Part shown: positions 8,916 to 17,300 of the stretch, in pieces
Numbering within the stretch: position 1 is the stretch's first letter
Layout of the letters: each line of letters begins with the position of its first letter
Source of the DNA: Gemmata obscuriglobus
GTDB taxonomy: Bacteria > Planctomycetota > Planctomycetia > Gemmatales > Gemmataceae
NCBI RefSeq assembly: GCF_008065095.1
Contig: NZ_CP042911.1
Coordinates: forward strand, 5,580,001 to 5,612,000
DNA length: 32,000 bases
Direction of reading: 5' to 3'
Translations under genes and position numbers: made by a program
Notes under the pieces: generated by a model
Databases searched by the model: none
What the model was told of the DNA's origin: nothing
Seen by the model: the letters and a program-made list of their open reading frames with translations, nothing else

Positions 8916-11900
8916 ATGCTCGCGCGCGTGATCGACTTCGCCATCGGCAACCGTTTCCTGGTCATCCTCGGCTCGCTCCTTCTGCTCGCCGCCGGCCTGT
9001 ACGCCGCGGACCGGCTGGCCGTGGACGCCGTGCCGGACGTGACCAACGTGCAGGTGCAGGTGATGACCACGGCCCCGGCGCTCGGGCCGCTGGAGGTCGA
9101 GCAGGGCGTCACGATCCCGGTGGAGGCCGCGATGAGCGGGCTCCCGCGGGTGGAGGAGATCCGCTCGGTGTCGCAGTTCGGGCTGTCGGTCGTGACGGTG
9201 GTGTTCGAGGAGGGGACCGACATCTTCTGGGCGCGCCAGCAGGTCAACGAGCGGCTGGCGGAGGCCCGCGAGCGCATCCCGCCCGGGGTGCCCGCGCCGA
9301 AGCCCGGCCCGATCGCCACCGGGCTGGGCGAGATCTACCAGTTCGAGGTGCGCAACAAGCCGGGCTACAGCCACCCGCTCATGAAGCTCCGCGAAATACT
9401 CGACTGGCAGATCGCGCCACAGCTCCGCGGCGTGCCGGGGGTGATCGAGGTGAACACCAACGGCGGGCAGCTCCGCGCCTACGAGGTGCGGCCCGACCCC
9501 GAGAAGCTGCGCGCGTTCAACATCCCGCTCGAAAAGCTGTTCACCGCCCTTCATGAGAACAACGCCAACGAGGGCGGCGGGTACCTGCTGCTCAAGTCGC
9601 AGGAGCAGCGCATCGTGCGCGCCGAGGGGCGCATCAGCTCGCTCGACGACGTGCGGAACGTGGTCCTTGATGCCCGCGGGGACGGCACCCCGGTGTACGT
9701 CCATCAGGTGGCGGACGTGCAGTTCGGCCCGGTGCTGCGCCAGGGCGCGACCACCCGCGACGGCCGCGGCGAGGCGGTAGTCGGCGTCGTGATGCTGCTC
9801 GCCGGCGAGAACTCGCGGGCCGTCGTGCGCGGCAGCAAAGAAAAGATGGAGGAGATCAAGAAGACGCTCCCGGAGGGCGTCGAGATCGATGTGGTGTACG
9901 ACCGCACGGAGCTGGTCGAGCGCACCGTTCACACGCTCAAAACCAACCTGGTCGAGGGCGGCGTCCTGGTCGTCGTGGTGCTCCTGGTGCTGCTCGGGAG
10001 CCTGCGGGCCGGGCTGATCGTCGCGCTGGCGGTGCCGCTGGCAATGGCCGGCGCGTTCGTGGGGATGTGGTACGCCGGGCTGTCGGGCAACCTGATGAGC
10101 CTCGGCGCCATCGACTTCGGGCTGATCGTGGACGGCAGCGTGGTGCTGATCGAGAACGTGGTGCGCCGGGTGGCGGAACACCGGCACCACCACCGGGACG
10201 ACCGCGCGCCGCTCGAGGTGGTCCGCGACGCGTGCCGCGAGGTGGCCCGCCCGGTCGTGTTCGGGGTGGGCATCATCCTGCTGGTGTACCTCCCGATCCT
10301 CTCGCTCCGCGGGGTGGAGGGGAAGATGTTCAAGCCCATGGCGCTGACGGTGATCTTCGCCCTGCTGAGTTCGCTGGCGCTGGCGCTGTTCCTCATGCCG
10401 GTGCTGGCGGCGATCTTCCTCCGCAGCGTGTCCGAGCACGAGCCGCTGCTGGTGCGGCTCGCGAAGGCGGTGTACCGCCCGCTCCTGGGCCTGGCCGTCG
10501 GCGCCCCGCGGGCGGTGGTGCTGGCGTCGGCCGCGACGTTCCTCCTGAGCGCCTGGACCGTTCAGCACATGGGCGCGGTGTTCATCCCGAAGCTCGACGA
10601 GGGGTCCGTCGCGATCCAGGCCACCCGGCTCCCCAGCGCGTCGCTCGAAACGTCGGTGCAGATGACCACCCGCCTCGAGCAGTGCCTGCGCGAGATGCCC
10701 GAGGTCGATTCCGTGGTCAGCAAGAGCGGCCGCCCGGAGATCGCCAACGACCCGATGACCATCAACCTCACGGACGTCATCGTCACGCTGAAGCCCAACA
10801 GCACCTGGCGGTTCGCGAGCAAGGAGGAACTGGTTAAGGCGATGGAGGAGAAGCTCGAGGCCGAGGTGCCGGGTCAGGTGTACGCCTTCTCGCAGCCCAT
10901 CGAGCTGCGCGTGGCGGAGCTGGTCGCGGGGGTTAAGGCCGATGTGGGGATCAGCGTGTACGGGGACGACCTCGACCAGCTCCGCGCGACCGCGGAAGAG
11001 GTGGCGGCGGCGGTCGGGAAGGTGCCCGGGGCGGCCGACGTGGCGGTGGAACAAACCGGCGGGCTGCCGTACCTGCGGGTCATCCTCAAGCGCGACGCGC
11101 TGGCGCGGCACGGGATCAACGCCCGGGCCGCCCTCGACGCCGTCGCCGTGGTCGGCGGCAAGGACGTGGGCGAGGTGTACGAGGGCCAGCGCCGGTTCCC
11201 CCTCCAGGTGCGGTTCCCGGAAGCCGTGCGCGAGGACCTGGGGCGCCTGAAGAAGGTGACCGTGCCCGACGCGAAGGGGCGCCCCATCCCGCTCGAACAG
11301 CTCGCGGAGCTGCGGTTCGAGGACGGCCCGGGCCAGATCAGCCGCGACGCCATCCGGCGCCGGGCGGTCGTGTCGTGCAACGTCCGCGGGCGCGACCTCG
11401 CCGGGTTCGTCGCCGACGCGCAAAAGACCGTGGACGAGAAGGTGAAGCTGCCGACCGGCTACTCGGTCGCGTGGGGCGGGCAGTTCAAGAACCTGCAAGA
11501 GGCCACCAAGCGGCTGTCGGTGGCGGTGCCCGTCGCGCTGCTGATGATCTTCGTGCTGCTCCACTCCACGTTCAACTCGACGAAGCTCGCGGCGCTGATC
11601 TTCCTGAACGTGCCGCTGGCGGCGTCGGGCGGGGTGTTCGCGCTGTGGCTCCGCGGGATGGACCTGTCCATCTCGGCGGGGGTCGGGTTCATCGCGCTGT
11701 TCGGCGTCGCGGTGCTGAACGGGGTGGTGCTGGTCACCTACGTCGTCGAGCTGCGCAAATCGGGCGCCGACCCGCTGGGCGCAGCCTTTGAAGGGGCGAT
11801 GATGCGCGTGCGCCCGGTGCTGATGACCGCGCTGGTCGCGACGCTCGGGTTCATCCCGATGGCACTGTCGAGCGGGTCCGGGGCGGAGGTGCAGAAGCCG

Positions 11901-12017
11901 CTCGCCACGGTGGTGATCGGCGGACTCGTGACTTCGACGCTCCTGACGCTGTTCGTGATCCCGGCGGTGTACCGCTGGTTCGACCCGGAACCGGCGACCG
12001 CGGCGGCGGAGGTATAA
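8916..12017 (+). CDS. czcA: Heavy-metal efflux RND pump, CzcA/CusA family (HME-RND)
   Basis: 1033 aa with the typical N-terminus MLARVIDFAIGNRFLVILGSLLLLAAGLYA..VDAVPDVTNVQVQV. The TM4 motif AIDFGLIVDGSVVLIEN gives D400-x5-D406-x6-E413 (nt 10113-10154). As I recall, this is the proton-relay signature of divalent-cation HME pumps, whereas CusA-type pumps lack the first Asp. Confidence 0.92.
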   Translation: MLARVIDFAIGNRFLVILGSLLLLAAGLYAADRLAVDAVPDVTNVQVQVMTTAPALGPLEVEQGVTIPVEAAMSGLPRVEEIRSVSQFGLSVVTVVFEEGTDIFWARQQVNERLAEARERIPPGVPAPKPGPIATGLGEIYQFEVRNKPGYSHPLMKLREILDWQIAPQLRGVPGVIEVNTNGGQLRAYEVRPDPEKLRAFNIPLEKLFTALHENNANEGGGYLLLKSQEQRIVRAEGRISSLDDVRNVVLDARGDGTPVYVHQVADVQFGPVLRQGATTRDGRGEAVVGVVMLLAGENSRAVVRGSKEKMEEIKKTLPEGVEIDVVYDRTELVERTVHTLKTNLVEGGVLVVVVLLVLLGSLRAGLIVALAVPLAMAGAFVGMWYAGLSGNLMSLGAIDFGLIVDGSVVLIENVVRRVAEHRHHHRDDRAPLEVVRDACREVARPVVFGVGIILLVYLPILSLRGVEGKMFKPMALTVIFALLSSLALALFLMPVLAAIFLRSVSEHEPLLVRLAKAVYRPLLGLAVGAPRAVVLASAATFLLSAWTVQHMGAVFIPKLDEGSVAIQATRLPSASLETSVQMTTRLEQCLREMPEVDSVVSKSGRPEIANDPMTINLTDVIVTLKPNSTWRFASKEELVKAMEEKLEAEVPGQVYAFSQPIELRVAELVAGVKADVGISVYGDDLDQLRATAEEVAAAVGKVPGAADVAVEQTGGLPYLRVILKRDALARHGINARAALDAVAVVGGKDVGEVYEGQRRFPLQVRFPEAVREDLGRLKKVTVPDAKGRPIPLEQLAELRFEDGPGQISRDAIRRRAVVSCNVRGRDLAGFVADAQKTVDEKVKLPTGYSVAWGGQFKNLQEATKRLSVAVPVALLMIFVLLHSTFNSTKLAALIFLNVPLAASGGVFALWLRGMDLSISAGVGFIALFGVAVLNGVVLVTYVVELRKSGADPLGAAFEGAMMRVRPVLMTALVATLGFIPMALSSGSGAEVQKPLATVVIGGLVTSTLLTLFVIPAVYRWFDPEPATAAAEV

Positions 12018-12044
12018 CGATCGTTACACCTCCGCCGCCGCGGT
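11997..12044. terminator. Near-perfect 48-nt palindrome between convergent czcA and the ABC exporter (likely terminator hairpin)
   Basis: Arms 11997-12013 and 12028-12044 form a 17-bp perfect GC-rich stem (ACCGCGGCGGCGGAGGT / ACCTCCGCCGCCGCGGT), and the inner ATAACGATCGTTAC is largely self-complementary. The czcA stop TAA (12015-12017) sits in the apical part. TTTT at 12051-12054 follows on the + strand. Confidence 0.5.
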
Positions 12045-12100
12045 GGATGATTTTGTGATGCGCGCCGCCGACCGCATGAACCGTCGGTGGCGCGGCGGTA

Positions 12101-13963
12101 TCACGCCCCTGCGGGCACCGGTGAGTGCATCTCCGTCTTCCCCGACTGCGCCGCGCGGACCAGTTCGGCGAACATGCCGTCCCGCGCGATCAGCTCGTTG
12201 TAGGCCCCGGTTTCGACGAGCTGGCCGTCGTCGAACACGAAGATGCGGTCTGCGTCCGCGAACGTGCTGAGCCGGTGTGCGACCATAATCACCGTCCGGT
12301 CGCGGGTCGCGGTGCCGATCGCCTGTTGGACCCGGCGCTCGGAAATCGTGTCCAGGGCGCTGGTCGCCTCGTCGAGGACGAGGATCGGCGGGTTCTGGAG
12401 GAACACGCGGGCCAGCGCGATCCGCTGCCGCTGCCCGCCCGAGAGGTTCGCCCCGCGCTCCGCCACGGCCGACTTGTACCCGTCGGGCATCGCCGCGATC
12501 TCGTCGTGGATGCAGGCCATCTTCGCGGCCCGCACGATGTCTTCCGGCAGGCACCGCTGGCACCCGTAGGTGATGTTCTCCTCGATCGTGCCGCTGAAGA
12601 TGAACGGGTTCTGGCCGACGTACCCGATCAGGTGGCTGATGGTCTCGCGCGACACCTCTTCGAGCGGGACGCCCATCAGGGACACGCGCCCCTCGCGCGG
12701 GTGAAGGAGCCGCATCAGCACCTTCAGCCACGTCGACTTCCCGCACCCCGATTTGCCCGCCACGCCGATCGTCTCGCCGGGGCTAATAGTGAGGTCGATG
12801 CCGCGCAGCGCCGGCGCCGGGCGGCCGTCCGAGAGCGTGTAATCGACGCGCAGGTTTTCGACCCGCACCACCGCGACCGTGTCGTCCAGCCGCGGCTCGG
12901 TGTGCGTCGGCGTCCGGAACGAGGCGTCCACCGGCAGCGACATCAGCTCCTGCAAGTCGAGCACGCGCAGGCTCGCCTCGTGCCCCTCGTCCAGCACGCG
13001 GTGGATCTCGTTCAGCGGGGCCATCGCGCTCAGGTAGAGCATCGAGAACGTGAGGATGTCGCCGAAGCTGATGTGCTTGTTGATCGCGAGGTACGCGGCG
13101 AGCGCCAGCACCCCAACGTGGAACAGCCCTTCCACCATCGCCTTACCCGCGCCGAAAAACGACATCGCTACGTGGTGCCTCAGCTCCTTGGACCGCTTCT
13201 GCTCGGCGGCCTTCGCGACCCGCCGCAGCTCGTGCGCGTGCGCGTTCGCCACCCGCACGTAATCCAGGCCCCCGAGCAGTTCCACCACCGTGCCGTCCAT
13301 CTCCTCGTTGACCCGCAGCAGCTTCAGGCGGACCCGCTTCTGCGACATCAGTTGCCACACGGTGAGGCTCATCGAAACCGGGATCACGCCGAGCATCGCC
13401 AGCCCGAGCCACGGTTGCTTCCAGATCGCCGTACCGATCGCAAACACGCCCACCACGACCGCCGGGAAGAAATCCAGGAACGAGAGCCGCAAGAGGCGCA
13501 TGAACCCGCCGACCGACCGGAAGATTTTACCGTGCAGGGCGCCGACCTTTTCGTGCGTCAGCCCCGACAGGTCCGCCTGCATCAGGTGCGAAATCACCTT
13601 CACGCTCGTGTGCCGCTCGATCCGGGTGCAGGTGTTTTCCACCAGAAAGCGCCGCAGCACCTGAAGCAGTTCGCGCAGGAACACGAGGATCGCGATCGCG
13701 CCCAGAAGGAGGGCGACCGCTTCGAGCACCGCGGCCTTCGGCTCGTCGCCCGTGACGCCCTGTGCCACCCGATCGACAAGGCGCCCCGAGAGGAGCGGCA
13801 GCGCCGTGGCGGCGATCCCCCCGACGGCCATCACCGCGACCGCCCCGAGCAGCGCCGCCCGGTGTGACTTCGATAACATCCGCCACGTCTTGCGGGCGGT
13901 CTCGAACAGCTCCCGGACCTCGGTACTGAACCGGGCGACGGCAGGGTTCGGTTTGCCAGCCAT
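12101..13963 (-). CDS. ABC exporter, fused permease + ATPase (type I exporter; candidate cyclic-glucan exporter by synteny)
   Basis: 620 aa. The N-terminal half is a 6-TM ABC_membrane region. Walker A is GKSGCGKST, the signature is LSGGQRQRIALARV, Walker B is ILVLDEATSALD, and the H-loop is VAHRLST. GAGGA lies 7 nt upstream of ATG (complement of 13961-13963). Confidence 0.9.
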   Translation of the reverse strand: MAGKPNPAVARFSTEVRELFETARKTWRMLSKSHRAALLGAVAVMAVGGIAATALPLLSGRLVDRVAQGVTGDEPKAAVLEAVALLLGAIAILVFLRELLQVLRRFLVENTCTRIERHTSVKVISHLMQADLSGLTHEKVGALHGKIFRSVGGFMRLLRLSFLDFFPAVVVGVFAIGTAIWKQPWLGLAMLGVIPVSMSLTVWQLMSQKRVRLKLLRVNEEMDGTVVELLGGLDYVRVANAHAHELRRVAKAAEQKRSKELRHHVAMSFFGAGKAMVEGLFHVGVLALAAYLAINKHISFGDILTFSMLYLSAMAPLNEIHRVLDEGHEASLRVLDLQELMSLPVDASFRTPTHTEPRLDDTVAVVRVENLRVDYTLSDGRPAPALRGIDLTISPGETIGVAGKSGCGKSTWLKVLMRLLHPREGRVSLMGVPLEEVSRETISHLIGYVGQNPFIFSGTIEENITYGCQRCLPEDIVRAAKMACIHDEIAAMPDGYKSAVAERGANLSGGQRQRIALARVFLQNPPILVLDEATSALDTISERRVQQAIGTATRDRTVIMVAHRLSTFADADRIFVFDDGQLVETGAYNELIARDGMFAELVRAAQSGKTEMHSPVPAGA

Positions 13964-14012
13964 TGCGATCCTCGATGTGCGCGCCCCGAGCGGCAGTACC
14001 CGGAGGCGCGAG

Positions 14013-14043
14013 AAAAATCACCGCCCCGTGCGGAAGCGGTGAT
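14013..14043 (-). terminator. Intrinsic-terminator-like hairpin plus T-run (minus strand) between the small ORF and the ABC exporter start
   Basis: The minus strand reads ATCACCGC-TTCCGCACGGG-GCGGTGAT-TTTTCT. The 8-bp stem pairs 14017-14024 with 14036-14043, plus 2 possible inner pairs, and is followed by T4. It lies 47 nt after the small-ORF stop and 50 nt before the ABC start codon. Confidence 0.5.
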
Positions 14044-14090
14044 CAGAGCAACGTTCGGAGAGGTGTCGAACGGGGAACGGAGCCCCGGCC

Positions 14091-14300
14091 CTAGCGCGGG
14101 CCGGGTTTGAGCCGGCGCTGGATCTGACTCACCATGAGCGGCGACGCCTTGAGCCGGTTCATCAACTTCTGCTCGACCATCTGCGACGGTGACAGTTCGG
14201 CCCGGTAGTCAAGGATCAGCGTTTCCTCTTCTGCGCGGGCGACCTCGGCTTGGGATTGACGGTCGGAAGTCGGTTTGGCGTTGTTCACAGCGTTCCTCAC
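14091..14300 (-). CDS. Small hypothetical protein (about 69 aa) between glucan synthase and ABC exporter
   Basis: The track ORF is 14091..14384 (GTG start). The first 28 codons have only 16/28 G/C at position 3. From the internal GTG (14298-14300) onward, 55/69 codons end in G/C, which is coding-like. Sequence: (V)RNAVNNAKPTSDRQSQAEVARAEEETLILDYRAELSPSQMVEQKLMNRLKASPLMVSQIQRRLKPGPR. No family recognised, and the start is uncertain. Confidence 0.35.
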   Translation of the reverse strand: MRNAVNNAKPTSDRQSQAEVARAEEETLILDYRAELSPSQMVEQKLMNRLKASPLMVSQIQRRLKPGPR

Positions 14301-14394
14301 TAAGGTGACCGGAGAGGTCGCACTGCATAAAGCAGATGGCGCGCCAAACAAGTCCAGGAACGCACGATCCTTCAAACTATTCACAATTGCCTAG

Positions 14395-17300
14395 TCAATT
14401 GGCACTTTTTGCCCCAAGGACAACACGAACGGCATGTTCCCGGCCGTCGTCGCGCAGCAGGATCGCGAGTTCGGGAAGTTGCGTGCCGTTCAGCCACACT
14501 TCGCGAACTCCGGATTCGACCCGATCAGGGTTTTCGACACGACACCGGTACACCGTCCCGCCGTGTCGGTACTCGATCTCAAACTCACCCCACTCCGACG
14601 GAACGCGCGGATCGAACGAGAGCCGGTCGCCGCGTTTGGTGAACCCGAGGATCGTTTCCAGCGCGGCGCGGTAGAGCCAAGACGCAGAGCCGGTGTACCA
14701 CGTCCACCCGCCGCGCCCGACGTGCGGTGCCACGCCGTACACGTCCGCCGCGACCACATACGGCTCCACCTTGTACAGCTCCACACCCTCAGGGGTTGCG
14801 GCGTGCGCGAGCGGGTTCAGCATGTTCCACAGCGCAACCGCTTCGGTCCCCCGCCCGAGGCCGGCCAGCGCCTGAACGAGCCAGATGGCCGCGTGCGTGT
14901 ACTGCCCGCCGTTCTCGCGGATGCCCGGAACGTACCCCTTGATGTACCCGGGCTCGAGCGTCCCGCGGTCGAACGGCGGCGCGAACAGCTTCACCAGCCG
15001 CGCGTCACGGTCTACCAGATGCCCCAGGGCGGCGTTCACCCCGCGCCGGGCGCGGTCGGGGGCGCCCGCGCCGGACAGCACGGCCCAGGACTGCCCGAGC
15101 GAGTCGATGCGGCACTCGTCGTTCGCGCGCGCCCCGAGCGGGGTGCCGTCGTCGAACCAGGCGCGCAAGTACCAGTCGCCGTCCCAGGCGTGCTCCTCCA
15201 CCGCGCCCCGGAGCTGCTCGGCCTCCGCCGCGAGGCGCCGGGCCGTGTCGGGGTCGCCGTGCCCTGCGGCCAGTTCGCCGAACTGCTTCCGCACGAGGAT
15301 CTGGAACCACGCCACCCACACGCTCTCGCCCGTCCCGCCGGCGCCGACCAGGTTCATGCCGTCGTTCCAGTCGCCGCACCCCATAAGCGGGAGCCCGTGC
15401 GGGCCGAGCTTCCAGCCGTGCGCCAGCGCCCGCAGGCAGTGCTCGTAAATCGGCGCGGTCTGCTCGGACACGGACGGCTGGAAGTACTCTTCTTGCTCCT
15501 CGGCCTTGAGCGCGGGGCCGCGCAGGAACGGCACCTCCTCGTTCAGGACGGTCGTGTCGTTCGTCACCGCGACGTACTGGGCCACAGCGTACGGGAGCCA
15601 CAAGAAGTCGTCGGAGAAGCGGGTGCGGACGCCGCGCCCGGTCGGCGGGTGCCACCAGTGCAACACGTCGCCTTCCGGGAACTGGTGCGCGGCGGCCCTC
15701 AGGATCTGCTCCCGCGCCTGGGCGGGTTCGGCGTACAGCAGTGCCATCGCGTCCTGAAGTTGGTCGCGGAACCCGTACGCGCCGCCGGACTGGTACAGCG
15801 CGGTTCGCCCCCAGAACCGGCACGCCAACACTTGATACGGCAGCCACCCGTTCACCAGCACGTCGAGCCCGGGTTCGGGCGTGCGCACCCGCACCGTTGA
15901 AAGCCGGCGCTCCCACGCGGCAACCACCTCGCGCAGCGCCTGCTCCGCCCGCACCGGATCGCGGTACTCGGTCGCAAATTTCGCCGCGGTCGCCGCGTCC
16001 ACGGCTTGACCGAGTACGAACACGATTTCGGCCGTGCCGTCGGCGGCCAACTCGAACCGCCCCAGGAGGGCGGCGCACGGGTCGAGCGCCGGCCCGGCGA
16101 GGTCGCTCAGGCCGACGCGCCGCAGCGCCGCGGGGTGCCCAGGTGAGCGGTTCCGGCCCAGGAACTCGGTCCGGTCGCCGGTCAGCGTGCGGGGCCGCAG
16201 GCTCACGTCCGCGAACGCGACCGCCGAACCGAAATCCTCGTTAAAAGCGCACCGAGCCAGGAGGGTGCCGGAGTTCGGATCGACCTCGGTAACGACGTGC
16301 GTCGCGGTGTGTTCGCGGTTGGTCCCGAGCACCCAGTCCGCGAACAGCGCGGCCGACAGCCGGCGCGCGCGGCCGGCGCGGTTGGTGACTTTGAGGCGCA
16401 ACACCTTCACCGGGTCCGCGACCGGCACGAACAGCGTGAGTTCGGTACAGAGCCCGTCGCGGTCGGCGGCGTAGGTCGTGTACCCGTGCCCGTGGCGCGT
16501 CTCGGTCGGGCCGCCGCACGGGCGCGGGGTGACGCTCCAGAAGTGCCCGGTCTCCTCGTCGCGCAGGTAAACCACCTCGACCGGCGGATCGGTGACGGGG
16601 TCGTTCGCCCACGGCGTGAGGCGGTTCGACTGGCTGTTACCGGCCCACGTCGCTCCCGGCCCGGCGTCGGTCGCAAGGCACCCCACCACCGAATTCGCGA
16701 TCACGTTGATCCACGGCGCCGGGGGCGTGCCGGTGACGACGTACTCGCGCCCGTCGGGGCTGAACCCGCCCGTGCCGTTGAAGAAGCGAAGGCCCTCTCC
16801 GGCGTTGCACTCGGTCACGTTCGGTTCGCCCGCGCGTGTGGGCACCAGGTCCGGGGGCAACTTGCTGCCCCGCGCGACGGCGTCGATCTGGTCCGCGAGG
16901 GTGCCGTGGTCGCCGTACAGCACCACCCGCGCGGCGGCCAGGATCAGCGTGCGGTCCTCGCTGCCGGGCTGGACCTTACGAACGAACACCCCGCCCGGGC
17001 GGTCGATGACGTCGCGGCTGTCGCTCGCGCGGGCCAGCGCGGCGAGGTCCTGGTACAGCTCCTCGCGGTAGCTCGCCGGGCGGTCGGCGAGCAGCACCAA
17101 ATCCACCACGAACCCGCGCCCGCGCCAGAACGCGTGCGCCTTGAGCGCCTGCCGCGCCAGGGGCATGCCGTCCCCATCGGACACGCACACGGCGACGATC
17201 GGCACATCGCCCGAGATCCCGGACCGCCACAGCCCCGGCTGGCCGAGCCGGTTCTCGCGCAGCGACGCGGCCGAACGCAGCGCGGCGGGCGGGAACAGGA

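Noticed and set aside
8886-11564. 892-aa ORF antisense to czcA, plus 7784..9319 antisense to the adaptor
   Set aside because: The same high-GC shadow-ORF mechanism applies. The translation is R/H/P/G/D-rich junk, and the sense strand carries unmistakable HME-RND motifs.
12125-13867. 580-aa + strand ORF antisense to the ABC exporter, and 240-aa ORF 12024..12746
   Set aside because: These are shadow ORFs. The Walker A/B and signature motifs are only on the minus-strand 620-aa frame.
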